55,488 nt of DNA. Origin: Octopus sinensis. Lineage: Eukaryota. The notes beneath the pieces were generated by a model, which ran no database searches, was not told the origin of the DNA, and saw nothing but the letters and a program-made list of their open reading frames with translations. Of the stretch, positions 11,771-24,769 are shown piece after piece. The stretch covers positions 1 through 55,488 of the forward strand of contig NW_021833709.1 in assembly GCF_006345805.1 (NCBI RefSeq), given 5' to 3'. Every line of letters begins with the position of its first letter. Position 1 is the stretch's first letter. The position numbers and the translations under genes are program-made.

Positions 11771-12306
11771 ATGTATATATAATATATACATGTCCTATGC
11801 ATATGCATATGATTTATGTATGTATGTATGTATGTGTGTATGTATGTATGTATGTATCATGCATGCATTGTATGTATGTATGTATGTATGTATGTATGTA
11901 TGTATGTGTGTATGTATGTTTGCGTGTGGTGTGTCTATGTAAGTGTGTATGTGTGTATGTATGTATGTATGTATGTATGTATGTGTGTATGTATGTACGT
12001 ACGTACGTATGTATGTATGCATGCGTGTGTATGTACACTGTTTAGGTTACTGGGGGACAAGTGATGTGAGCAGTAACCTACCCTACTTAGGATAAGTAAT
12101 TCCCAGAAATTCACATCATCTTTCGGTTTATCATAGTAATTTTCTCAGCAGCCAGTCACCGCTCTGCCTCTCGCTATGCAGTCGACTGTCTGTGGATGTG
12201 TTCGGAGAAAGTCGCATCCGCAGACATTGGCAGACACAGCTTTGTACAGATCTCAGACAGTCTCAGTGCTTTGAATTCATTCTTTGTTTGGTAAAAGATA
12301 AAATGT

Positions 12307-12828
12307 TTCGTAATGGCTCTCTTTGTGTTCCTAATAGATTGGTCTCCAAATTACCGCAATGAGACTCTGTGACATTGAATGAGATTTTGGCTGTTTTCTA
12401 CCCAATCAAATTCCTTTATTTGATTGGTTTCCGTCGCTGGGCTGCGGCCATGCTGGAGGACCGATTTCAAGAATTCTTTTTTGTTGTTTGCTTTTTTTTT
12501 TGTTTTGTTCATCATATCGACTCCAGCACTTATTTCAGGGTGGAACATATCTTACCGATCCCTAATTGTCGAACCGCTTCGTAATGGCTCTCTTTGTGTT
12601 CCTAATAGATTGGTCTCCAAATTACCGCAATGAGACTCTGTGACATTGAATGAGATTTTGGCTGTTTTCTACCCAATCAAATTCCTTTATTTGATTGGTT
12701 TCTGTCGCTGGGCTGCGGCCATGCTGGAGGACCGATTTCAAGAATTCTTTTTTTTTTTTTCATCATATCAACTCCAGCACTTATTTCAGGTTGGAACATA
12801 TCTTACCGATCCCCAATTGTCGAACCGC
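12307..12828. repeat. Direct tandem duplication (271-bp and 251-bp units)
   Basis: ttcgtaatggctctc...gtcgaaccgc at 12307-12577 and 12578-12828. Confidence 0.92.
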
Positions 12829-12957
12829 TATGTTGTGGTGCATATAGTGATGCGCAACATAAGTGTCATTGGGTAGCCCTTTACGAAAGTTAAACGGACA
12901 CACACACGCACACATACACACACACACACGAACACACGCTCAGATACACATTCGTTT

Positions 12958-13189
12958 ATTCTTTTACTTGTTTCAGTCATTTGACTGCGGCCATGCTGGA
13001 GCACTGCCTTGAAGGGTTTCAGTCGAACAAATTGACCCCATTTCTTAAGCCCAGTGCTTATTCTATCGGTCCCTTTCGTAACGCTAAGTTACGGGGACGT
13101 AAACACACCAGCACCGGTTGTCAAGCGGTGATGGGGTGACAAACATAACCACAGACAGGCACACTCTCACACACACACACACTCACACA

Positions 13190-13223
<34 letters not shown>

Positions 13224-13410
13224 ACACACACACACACACACACACACGACGGTCTTCTTTCAATTTCCGTCTACAAAATACACTCACAAAGCTTGGGTCG
13301 CCTCAAGGCCATAATAGAAGATACTTGCCCAAGATGACATGGAATGGGACTGAACCGGGAGCCCTCTTGTTGGGAGGTAAGCTTCTTTCCACACAGCTAC
13401 GCCTACGCCT
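12958..13410 (-). mobile_element. SINE family A
   Basis: Tail, (CA)n and head all recognisable. Confidence 0.75.
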
Positions 13411-13683
13411 ATATACATATATAACCACAATTAAGGACTATTAAATACTATACAAGATAATCTCAAGAGGCAAGATTTCTGGAACGTGTTCTGTCGGTCA
13501 CTTATGCTGAACTGTTGGTTGCGGAAACGTAAACAAACCAGCAACGGCTATGAAGAGGCATATTTACACACGCATATATATATATATATAAGTTTAGTAG
13601 AATCAGATGAGTATGGTACTTAAGTTGAAGGCACCAGAATTTAGTACGGTATTATCCATACAATTTCAAAATAAGGTGATTAT

Positions 13684-13859
13684 AATCAAAGTAAGCAACA
13701 AGGATATCCAGAGGTAATGCAGTACGATCGTTTTATGCGACTCCATTTAATTGAACAATGAAAACATTGTTCAAAATGTTTTCATTGTTCAATTAAATGG
13801 AGTCGCATGAAACGGTCGTACTGCATTACCTCTGGATATCCTTGTTGCTTATTTTGATT
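13684..13859. repeat. 85-bp inverted repeat, 6-nt loop; arms carry the 3' half of a hammerhead (GAAA-cgatcgt-a-ctgc)
   Basis: 13684-13768 / 13775-13859 with 3 mismatches; same family at 24960-25095 and 25185-25310. Confidence 0.88.
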
Positions 13860-14030
13860 TTATATATATATATATATATAGGTATTGAAGGTTTGGAGAT
13901 GAATGTACAGGTATTATATATTAGAAGAATGAGGTAATCAGAAGATCGGATGGTTCATATTTATAGATATTTATTTATATATTACATATATTATTTATAT
14001 ATTACATTTTCTGATTACCTCATTTCTTCT

Positions 14031-14067
<37 letters not shown>

Positions 14068-14070
14068 AAT

Positions 14071-14274
14071 ATCTGTAAAATAATATGTGATAATTATTCA
14101 ATAGCCAATATAAAACTCTGAGTTTCGGATGCCGAGGTGGAAATCCACACCACCATCTCTTCGGTTATCTGGTCAGGTAACCGAAGAGATGGTGTTGCGG
14201 ATTTCCATCTCGGCATCCGAAACTCAGAGTTTTATCTTGGCTATTGAATAATTGTCACGTATTATTTTACAGAT
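14071..14274. repeat. ~100-bp head-to-head inverted repeat; each arm carries a hammerhead-like motif with CCGAAGA core (14110-14169 minus, 14176-14236 plus)
   Basis: Arms 14071-14170 / 14175-14274 around loop ggtc; same family as 9471. Confidence 0.85.
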
Positions 14275-14309
14275 AAATTTCCGTTTGTTACCTTACCGTT
14301 TTTACCATT

Positions 14310-14694
14310 ATATATATATGGTGGGCCACAAGTCACGCACAAAATAGGGGCAAAACGCTCCGGAATTGTGTCATAGGCATACTTCAATTTTTCAGTTAGA
14401 GGGCTCGCACTCTCTATGGTCATTCAAAGCCGTCCAAGGGTGGTCGTGCACATCTTTACATTTCCTCAGTCACCGCGCAAAGCCATTAAAAAAATCAATA
14501 GGAGTAATTTTTTTGTGAATTTTCTATCCAAAACCCAATCAAAATGCCCAAAACTTGATACACCAATTGAATGTCAGCTAGCTGTATGTGATTGGTCGGA
14601 GATTTGGACAGTACTCGCGTGTATGTGCGCACGCACGCAGCTGTATATGCATGCACTAGCACTATGACCCGGCGTTGCCGGGTCATAGTGCTAG
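14310..14694 (+). mobile_element. Helitron-like non-autonomous element ending in a 41-bp palindrome
   Basis: 3' hairpin cccggc-gtt-gccggg followed by CTAG|T; 5' boundary uncertain. Confidence 0.45.
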
Positions 14695-14695
14695 T

Positions 14696-14995
14696 CTTAT
14701 ATAAAACACTACTCACAGTTAGAAAAATGGAGAAGAGAAGATGTTAAAAGTTCAATTTAGAATTTAATTTTCACACACGACTGTTTCGAATGAGAAAACC
14801 AACCTGTAAGACAAAACATTAATTATAATAATAATAATAAAATTAGTTATGTATTACCATTCTCGTCAGTGCAAAAAATTAAGGAAAACATCCAAAAAGC
14901 AAATTAGAAGGAAGATTAAGTGAAAATTAAATTCCAAATTTAACTTTTAACATCTCTTCTCTATTTTTCTAACTGTTAGTAGTGTTTAACGTAAG
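14696..14995. mobile_element. MITE-like fold-back element, ~78-bp imperfect TIRs
   Basis: 14696-14774 mirrors 14920-14995. Confidence 0.65.
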
Positions 14996-15084
14996 ATTTT
15001 ATCTTATACATGCATAAAACAAACTTTTTATTTGTTTATATTCATAGTTTCAATGCTTACTAGTGTTGTTTTGTTGTTTGTTCC

Positions 15085-15375
15085 TTCTCGATCCACGCCT
15101 GGCTCATAAGGGCCGGTTTCCCAGTTTCTTTGGCGTATAGGTTCCCCACCTGGATGGGACGCCGGTCCGTCGCAGATGAGCTGCAAGATGCAGGAGGAAA
15201 GAGCGAGAGAAAGTTGTGGCGAAAGAGTCAGCAGAAGTTTCGCCATTACCTTCTGCCGGAGCCACGTGGAGCTTAGGTGTTTCGCTCATAAACATACACA
15301 TCGCCCAGTCTGAGATTCGAACCCGCGATCTCTTGATCACGAGTCCGCTGCTCTAACCACTAGGCCATGTGCCTC
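15085..15375 (-). mobile_element. tRNA-Arg(TCG)-like SINE (head D) with V-domain-like tail
   Basis: Minus: tggcctagtggttagagcagcggacTCGtgatcaagagatcgcgggttcgaatctc...ctgcgacggaccggcgtcccatccagg. Confidence 0.75.
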
Positions 15376-15522
15376 CACAAATGTTTGAGATAGATAGATG
15401 ACTTGTTCTACGTGAAATTATTTTCTCTCTCTCACAAACACACACACACATATATATGTAATGTATTTCGGGACGGTCATTTTATTTATTATTTTTATTG
15501 CCAAATAAACACACGCACTGTA

Positions 15523-15911
15523 TTACTGTTTTACTTGTTTCAGTCATTTGACTGAGGCGATTCTGGAGCACCGCCTTTAGTCAAGGAAATCGACCGCCAG
15601 GAATTATTCTTTGTAAGCCTAGTACTTATTCTATCTTTCTCTTTTGCCGAACCGCTAAGTTACGGGGACGTAAACACACCAGCATCGGTTGTCAAGCGAT
15701 GTTGGGGGGACAAACACAGACACACAAACACACACATATATACATATATACGACGGGCTTCTTTCAGTTTCCGCCTACCAAATCCACTCACAAGGCTTTC
15801 GTCGGCCCGAGGCTATAGTAGAAGACACTTGCCCAAGGTGCCACACAGTGGGACTGAACCCGGAACCATGTGGTTGGGAAGCAATCTTCTTACCACACAG
15901 CCACACCTGCG
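15523..15911 (-). mobile_element. SINE family A
   Basis: Full-length match to the other copies. Confidence 0.85.
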
Positions 15912-15979
15912 ACTCTATATATATTGTTTTGATCCACACACACACACACACACACACATAGATATATAAATGCATACAC

Positions 15980-16016
<37 letters not shown>

Positions 16017-16429
16017 CAGCCGAAATTGCTAAGATGATCTGGTTCTTGACTGATGACTGAGGGCTTCGAATGTCCCGTCCTGTGGTTCTTGTGTCGTCTC
16101 TGTGGTGTTTCATGTTCTTGTCCATGTCTGTAATTATTTTTACTGTTTACCTATATATATATATATATACACATCCATATACGACAGGTTTACGCATATT
16201 TTCCGTCTACCACGAATTCACTTACCGGGCATTTTGTCGGCCTGTGGCTGTAATAGCCCTAGGTACTATGTAGAGGCACTGAACTTGAAAGCACGTCGTT
16301 GCAAAGCTAGCCTCTTAACCTCACAGTCATTGCGATCTTGTATCTCTCTTTTTTTCATTCTTTTTTGCAGCTTGTGATAAACAACATTATGCCCGAATTA
16401 GTAAAAATAAATAAATACAATAAAATAAT

Positions 16430-16960
16430 GACATTTTTTGCTAGAATCAAGTTATACTCATTCAACTCTTGATCCAGATACTAAATTCTTTAGGATTTGG
16501 TTAAAGTCTTTAGAAATTGTGTCTGGCAGTTTCTTCCCGAACGGAAATCCTGCTGGGTTGTTGTTGACACGATTCTGTTTTACTAAAAGTATATTATCCT
16601 ATTAAAGTTCTCCGCAGAACATGTTAAAGATGTGATGTAAGCGATATATATATAATAATCTATAGTTACTTGTCTGCACTCTGCTGCCTAATTTATGAAG
16701 CGGTGTTACTGTCGCCATGTGCTTAAATAGTTCTTGGTGGAAAATTTTTTTTAGAAGGATATTATAAAGCTGACTGGCTGGCTGGTTGGCAGTCTGGTTG
16801 GCTGGCTGGCTAGATTTGCAGGAATTTAGGAAATCTAGAATGCCATCCGGCCCTGGAGCTGGGTTTGCGTTGAGACGACTTGCTTACTGCTTCCGTTATT
16901 TCTTGTTCTGTTCTGTTCTGTAAGAATTCCACGGTGTTGAAGCTGTGGTGAGACCTAAGC
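16430..16960 (-). pseudogene. CR1/Jockey-type LINE reverse transcriptase fragment (frameshifted)
   Basis: Manual minus-strand translation across frames: EITEAVSK..K(P)APGPDGI, ATVTPLHKLGSRVQTSNYR, QQDFRSGRNCQTQFL, SGSRVE*V*LDSSK; these match RT motifs 0-3. Confidence 0.8.
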
Positions 16961-17327
16961 AGCTAAGAGCTGGAATGTCACGTGATGTTCGTTTGATACA
17001 CATTCAGCAGGGGAAAATATGTTTGGTTGCTTTTTGTGTAGATGACAAAATTTGCCACGGGTTAGCCTTATACGCGCTATCTGAACAATGTATTGTTCCA
17101 ATTAAAAAAAAACAGTCTTAAAATAGGAAGCTTGTGTGTTGCATACGAAAGCCATTCAGTTAAGAACTTCGTAATAAGAAGCATAATATATATATACAAA
17201 TGCGAGTGAAGATGTGTACGTTTTCATAGTGACGTATAAGTACGCACGTGGGTTCGCGAGCAGAATTATAACACAGTAATTTCCCTTTATATAACGGTAT
17301 TTTTTCATAGCGTTTTTCAGATGGCCA

Positions 17328-17388
17328 GATAACCGAAGAGATGGTGTTGTGGATTTCCACTTCGGCATCTGAAACTCAGAGTTTTATC
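17328..17388 (+). ncRNA. Hammerhead-like motif, CCGAAGA core variant
   Basis: gataa-CCGAAGA-gatg...catc-t-GAAA-ctcagagt-t-ttatc. Confidence 0.55.
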
Positions 17389-17411
17389 TTGACTACCGAG
17401 TAATGTAACAT

Positions 17412-17805
<394 letters not shown>

Positions 17806-17823
17806 ACTGTGATATATATATAA

Positions 17824-17894
<71 letters not shown>

Positions 17895-17944
17895 TATTGG
17901 TAATCAATGAACATATCATATATAAAACATATATGTACGTACCT

Positions 17945-18260
17945 ACCTCTACATGTACATATACACGCATATATGTGTAAGGACACCAAAAAGACGTCGA
18001 ACACATAGAGAGACGAACACATAGACACAAACCAAGGAACAAGACAAGCAAAAAAAAAGAGAGATACAGGACAATAAGCACAACGAAAAATCCCCTTCTT
18101 CAGTCGCTAAGGTTTCATCTACTAAACGTTTCGAAGGATAAAAGCGAGACGTATACTTCGAAGAAAACTTCCTTCCCGCGAAAGCAAATCAATTAAAATT
18201 CTGAGATCTTTTCGCAGAGGGGTAAAAAAAAGCAAGACGGTAACGACAGTACAAACATAT
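17945..18260 (-). mobile_element. Second copy of the 965-1265 repeat
   Basis: Shared ggacaccaaaaa...tccccttcttcagtcgc...gtttcgaagg...gcgaaagcaaat. Confidence 0.55.
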
Positions 18261-18661
18261 AAACAGTAAAAATATATATTATAAACAGTGGAAAAATAAA
18301 TATATAACAGTGAGAGACAGGACAAGGAGAACAAGATAAGAAGGGCTGTTAAAGCCAGACGAAAAAAGTATTGCAACGCTGGATTATCGTGGACGACGAG
18401 AGAGAGAAAATGTGTCGACCAGTAGCCTTACAAGGCGGGCGAGAAAAAGACAGGATAGCAGTTACGACGGAAGTATCGTCGCAGATGGACGACGGGAATG
18501 GGGGAGGTGAGGAGGAGCAAGAGGAAGAGAGAGAAGAAGGGGAATGGTGCGAGGAGATCATGAAGAATGGTGAAAGGGAGAGAGAATGAAGAAGAGAGAG
18601 AGAGGAAGAGACAAGTTAAGTGAGGGAAAAAAAGACGAAAAAGGGAATATATATATATATA

Positions 18662-19056
18662 TCTTTATATATAAAAGTAAGGTTGTGTGTCTGTCTCCTA
18701 CGATTTAGATTCCTAACTACTCCCACATTTTGCGGTGCAGTTTAATCAAAACCGGGTATCTTATAGTCGTGATTCATATCGAGCCCTTCTGGGTATTAGC
18801 GCGCGTCTACGATGAGTCTACGATTTAAAAAAAAATTACCATCATTTTTTTTCCATTTTAATGCATTTTTCGCTATCACATAAGGGAAGTAACTCTCTAA
18901 AAATGTCTACGATGAGTCAACGATTTTAAAAAAATTACCATCATTTTTTTTCCATTTTTAATGCATTTTTTGCTATTTTTTTGGCCATAACTCTCTAAAA
19001 ATGCTTATATAGTTATTTCCCTTACAAACCCGAGCAACGCCGGGCGATACTGCTAG
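18662..19056 (+). mobile_element. Non-autonomous Helitron
   Basis: A|TC 5' end, 3' hairpin cccgagcaacgccggg (19029-19044) then CTAG|T; internal ~99-bp tandem duplication. Confidence 0.8.
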
Positions 19057-19204
19057 TATATATATAACTAAATAAGTGTACGTATTCTACGCATCCTCTT
19101 CCTTAGTCCTCAATTTCAAATTCAAACTTTTAATCCCACCAAACAATGACTTGAGATATCCGCTCCGATGTTCTTATTGTTCTGTCTGTCTGCCACCTTG
19201 TATT

Positions 19205-19825
19205 ATTACTCTTTTACTTGTTTCGGTTATTTGACTGCAGCCATGCTGGAGCACCGCCTTTAGTCGAGCAAATCGACCCCGGGACTTATTCTTTGTAAGC
19301 CCAGTACTTATTCTATCAGTCCCTTTTGCCGAATCGCTAATGACGTGGACGTAAACACACCGGCATCGGTTGTCAAGCAATACTATGGGGACAAACACAG
19401 ACACAAAAACATACACACACACATACATATACATATGTTTCTTTATTGCCCACAAGGGGCTAAACATAGAGGGTACAAACAAACACAGACAAACGGTGTA
19501 AGTAGATTACATCGACCCCAGTGCGTAACTGGTACTTAATTTATCGACCCCGAAAGGATGAAAGGCAAAGTCGACCTCGGCGGAATTTGAACTCAGAACG
19601 TAAAGACAGACTAAATACTCCTAAGCATTTCGCCTGGCGTGCTAACGACTCTGCCAGCTCGCCGCAACGGGCTTCTTTCAGTTTCCGTCTACCAAATCCA
19701 CTCACAAGGCTTTGGTCGGTCCGAGGCTATAGCAGAAGACATTTGTCCAAGGTGCCACACAGTGGGACTGAACCCGGAACCATGTGGTTGGTAAGCAAAC
19801 TACTTACCACACAGCCACTCCTGCA
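19205..19825 (-). mobile_element. SINE family A with a nested family B SINE (19436-19665)
   Basis: Family A halves flank a complete family B copy in the same orientation. Confidence 0.8.
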
Positions 19826-20067
19826 CCTATTATTGCTAATTTTTTTTTCTCCAACTGGAAAGTTGACCTCAGCGGTATTTGAACCCAAATTAGCTGGAAT
19901 CAAAACAAGTAGTGCCGTAACTATTGTGCCAATTCGCTTCCTGGTCTGAAATGTGTCGAAACGATATAGCTGTAAAGTAAAAGTTCTTAACCAAACAACT
20001 TCCCCATGACCGTCTGAAGACCCTCTTCTTTGCCGGTCCCTCTCAAAGACACCGACATGGGTAATAG

Positions 20068-20270
20068 GTAAGGACATGGCTATGTGGTTAAGAACCTCGC
20101 TCTGCATATTCACATGGTTTGGAGTTCAGTCCCACTGCGCAGCACTATGGGTAGACGTCTTCTACCATGCCCCTCACCCCAGACCAACAAATGTTTTATG
20201 AGTGAGTTCCGTAGAAGGAAACTGTGCAGAAACCCGTCATGTGAGTTTGTGTGTGTGCATGTGTGCGCGC

Positions 20271-20307
<37 letters not shown>

Positions 20308-20552
20308 TTTGTGTCTGTATCCCACCACCACCACCACCACCACTTGACAACCGGTGTTGGTGTCTTTACGTCCCCGTAACTTAGCGGTTCTGCAAAATAA
20401 AATAAATACCGATAGAATAAATACCAGGCTTTAAAAAACCCCAAAGAAAACAAGAACTGACGTCGATACATTCGACTAAAGATTTTGCAAGGCGGTGCCC
20501 CAGCATGGCCACAATCAAATGATTGAAACACATAAAAGAATAAAAGAATTGA
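20068..20552 (+). mobile_element. SINE family A, diverged
   Basis: Head, (TG)n/(CAC)n and tail recognisable. Confidence 0.75.
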
Positions 20553-20744
20553 AGAAGTATAAACGATTTCTTTTTAAACCACAAAATCTCATGTGGGCAC
20601 CCAAGGATCTTGCGGACCCTGGACGAGGACCGTCTGACGAAACCCTTCGAGGCGGTGCCCCAGCATGGCCGTAGTCCGGTGACTAAAACAAGTAAAAGAT
20701 AGGAACCATCTCAGTGAAACTATATTTATTTCGGGGGTAGAAGT

Positions 20745-21192
20745 AGTGGTTATGGTGGTGGTGGTGATGGTGTTGGTGGTGGTTATGGTGGTAGTGGTGA
20801 TTAAGGTGGTGGTGGTGGTCGTGGTCGTGGTGTTGGCGGTAGTGATAGTGGTGGTGGTGATGGTGGTGGTGGTGATGGTAGCGGTAGTGATAGTGGTGGT
20901 GGTGATGGTGGTGGTGATGGTGGTGGTAGTGGTGGTGGTGGTGGTGGTGATGATGGGGGTAGTGGTGATTAAGGTGGTGGTGGTGGTGTTCGTGGTGGTG
21001 GCGGTAGTGATAGTGGTGTTGGTGGTGGTGGTTGTGGTCGTCGTATCCGTCGTGATGGTGGTGGTGGTGGTGATGGTAGCGGTAGTGATAGTGGAGGTGG
21101 TGATGGTGGTAGTGGTGGTGATGATGGTAGTGGTGATTAAGGTGGTGGTGGTAGTGGTGGTTGTAGAAGTGGCAATAGTGGTGGTGATGGCG
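20745..21192. repeat. (GGT)n-derived low-complexity tract
   Basis: Direct inspection. Confidence 0.9.
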
Positions 21193-21791
21193 CTGATAGT
21201 GGTGGAATTCTACTTGTGTGTATGTGTGTGTGTATGTTTGTATGAGGACTAAATTGGTGGTCTTTTGCAACATTCGAATGTTTCCTCACGAGGATTAAGT
21301 CTTGTCTCAGGGAATAACTGACACTTTTCTTTTCATTTTTATTCATGCTTATGTTATCGTTTTATAAAAATATATATATACACACACACACACACATATA
21401 TATATATTACACAAATAAAGAAATTCCAAAAAATAATATCACACACACACACACACACACATAGATACGGGTACATTCTTACACAAGTATGGTTGAGTTT
21501 AATGTTCGCATTTTGCGGCATACATAAAAATGAATACCCTTCTCTATATATATACTGTACACATGCGTATATGCTTTGCTTACACGTATATACGCATATA
21601 TATGACGATTGTAAATCATTGCTTATATGGTTAAAAACGGATATATACATACGTAAGTACAACATATATATATATATAATATATACATATGTATGTATGT
21701 ATGTATGTATTATATGTATGTATGTATGTATGCGTGTATTATATATATATACACACACGTACATACATACTACATATATATATAATATATC

Positions 21792-21822
<31 letters not shown>

Positions 21823-22227
21823 TAATATATATATATATAATATGAATCTATATATTAATTATATATACACACACACACACAATTATATATACATGCAAAT
21901 ATATTATATGCGTGCATTGAATATATGAATAAAATACCTGTATATAAAATGTGTGTGTGTGCGTGTATTTAGTTTATGTATGAATGTGTGTGTATGTGGG
22001 TTTATATATTTGTGTGTGAGTGCATGGATACTTCAGTCACATACGAATAGGAACATACACACATACATATGTACACACACACATATATATGTATGCATAT
22101 ATATATAATATATATTTGCATATATATATGTGTGTGTTTGTGTGTTTGTGTATATAATATATATTATATATATATGTATATATATATACGTATCTACGTG
22201 TATATATATACAATATAATATATATTT

Positions 22228-22262
<35 letters not shown>

Positions 22263-22344
22263 GTATGTATGTATATATATACACACGCATTAATACTTAC
22301 TAGTACTTATACGTTTATATGAAAATGTATATACAATATAATAT

Positions 22345-22389
<45 letters not shown>

Positions 22390-22469
22390 ATATATACACA
22401 CACACACACGCAATACTTACTAATACTTATACGTTTATACGAAAATGTATATACACGCATGATAATTAT

Positions 22470-22521
<52 letters not shown>

Positions 22522-22779
22522 CCATTGTATATATATATATATGTCTGTATAAGCGCAGACAAGTGCGAGACACATTAAATGCCAGCCATCCCAGCAGCAG
22601 CAGCAGCCGCATAGCAGCGGAGGAGAGTCTATTAATAGTTAATTACTGTTGTTTCTCAACAGTCTGCTTTTCTGGTGAATATTTCGACACCATGTCGGCT
22701 GTATAGGATAGCGGCGGTGGGAGTCATGGGTGGAAGGGGGGAATTTTTGTCTCGCAAGTGGCGGCTGGGTGGAGCGAAG

Positions 22780-24120
22780 GACACGGAGGTGGCGGCGGTG
22801 GCGGCGACGGTGGCAGTGCCGGTGGTGTTGGTGTTGGTGGTAGTGGTGGTGGTGGTAGTGGTGGTGGTGGTAGTGGTAGTAAATGTGGAAGTTGTAGTGG
22901 CGGTGTTAGCGATGTGGTGAAGGTGGTAGTTATGGTGGCGGCGACGGTGGCAGTGCTGGTGGTAGGTGGTGGTGGTGTTGGTGTTAGTGGTGGTGGTGGT
23001 GGTAGTGCTGGTGGTGTTGGTGTTGGTGGTAGTGCTGGTGGTGTTGGTGTTGGTGGTCGTGCTGGTGGTGTTGGTGGTAGTGCTGGTGGTAGTGGTGGCA
23101 GTGCTGGTGGCGTTGTCCGTGATAGTGGTGGTGGTGTTGGTGTTGGTGGTAGTGGTGGTGGTGTTGGTGTTGGTGGTAGTGGTGGTGGTGTTGGTGGTAG
23201 TGGTGTTGGTGGAAGTGCTGGTGGTGTTGGTGTTGGTGGTAGTGCTGGTGGTGGTAGTAAATGTGGAAGTTCTAGTGGTGGTGTTAGCGATGTGGTGAAA
23301 GTGGTAGTTATGGTTAGGGTAGTTGCTATTGTTGTTGTTGGTGGTGGTGACGGCATAGTGAGGTTGGCGATAGTGATGATGGTGGTGGTGGTGGAGGTAA
23401 ATGTGGACGTAATCAAGGTGTTGGTGTTGGTAGAGGAGGTGGTGTACCCCACTATGTCAGTCATAATCACCACCACAACCTCCACCAATACCATCAGCAC
23501 CACCACCAACACCATCACCATCAGTGATGGTAGTATGGTAGTGGTGGTGATGATGGTAGTGATAATGATTATAATGTGGATGATGATGGCGGTGCTGGTG
23601 ATTGGTGATGGTGATGGTGTTGGTGGTGGTGCTGATGGTATTGGTGGAGGTAGTGGTGGTAGTTATGACTGAGATAGTGGGGTACATGGTGGGATGGGAA
23701 AGGGACTTGAAGTGAAAGAAGAAGGGGAAAATAACGAGAGAAGGGAACGACGGGTAGAGAAACGCATGCATTAGAAGACATGATGATGATGATAGTGATT
23801 ATGATGATGATGATGATAGTGATTATGATGATGATGACGATGACGATGATGGCGACGACGACGACAATGATGATGATGGTGGTGGTGGTGGTGGTGATGA
23901 TGAGGACGATGATGGCGACGATGACGACGACGACGATGATGACGATGATGATGGTGGTGGTGGTGGTGGTGATGATGATGATGATGCTGATGACGACGAC
24001 GATGATGACGACGACGACGATGATGACGACGACGACGATGATGACGATGATGATGATGGTGGTGGTGGTGGTGGTGGTGGTGATGATGACGATGATGATG
24101 ATGACGATGATAAAAGCGAC
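22780..24120. repeat. (GGT)n/(GAT)n low-complexity tract containing an 81-bp inverted duplication
   Basis: 23443-23523 is the reverse complement of 23606-23686 (about 4 mismatches). Confidence 0.85.
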
Positions 24121-24332
24121 GACAATCGTGACTAACTTAGGCAATATATATTTAAAGGATACAAATTAAAGGGGATTAAAAGCGAAAGACAATAATCAGC
24201 ACCTTTCAAAGAACTACGACTTAACATTTCTTTGCGGTAGCCACGAAAACATGTTACTCAGTATGGTGGATTTTTTGTTTGTCTTTGTTTTTAATGTCAC
24301 CTTAGCTTTCGACGCAGGCAATTATACAGATG

Positions 24333-24769
24333 GGATCTTTTTGGCTTGAACGGCAGTTTTTTCTAGCGGTGTCATATGAAATTGTCACTCATAATTATGA
24401 CCCTAGTATCGATCTATTGCATTTCAATCGGTTTTAGGGTTAGGGTTAGTTAGGGTTAGTTAGGGCTAGGGGTGGGGGGAAGGGTATCTATTTTCTTCAC
24501 AAATGTAAATAAACCCAATCTGTTTCTTAAACGAGAGACATATTCATACGGCGCAGAATGTTGTTTACCTCAATGGGCGTCAGTGATTGGTTGAAATTGC
24601 AGAAATTGAAGAAGAAACAACAACAAATATCTTACAAACTATAGAACTTTCTCAATAAATCCAAGAGAAAAAGATGTTTTATAAACACATTCTACCAGTA
24701 TACGAAGTGTAAAATCTTTTAGTTACCTAGAAATTATGTTAAAAACTGCCGTCCAAACCGAAAATATCC
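24333..24769. mobile_element. MITE copy 2, TSD tacagatg
   Basis: TSD at 24325-24332 and 24770-24777. Confidence 0.9.

Noticed and set aside
12149-12291. Possible exon (ttttctcag acceptor, ttg|gtaaaa donor)
   Set aside because: Two frames are open but match nothing I recognise, the donor is weak, and no partner exons are apparent.
16045-16080. CUGAUGA...GAAU motifs (also 7850-7875 minus, 40945-40985)
   Set aside because: GAAU instead of GAAA and/or unpairable stems; at best decayed relics.
22758-23672. 304-aa Gly/Val-rich ORF resembling a structural protein
   Set aside because: It is built from (GGT)n with several frames and both strands open, and it runs through the inverted island. No signal peptide or non-repetitive domain.
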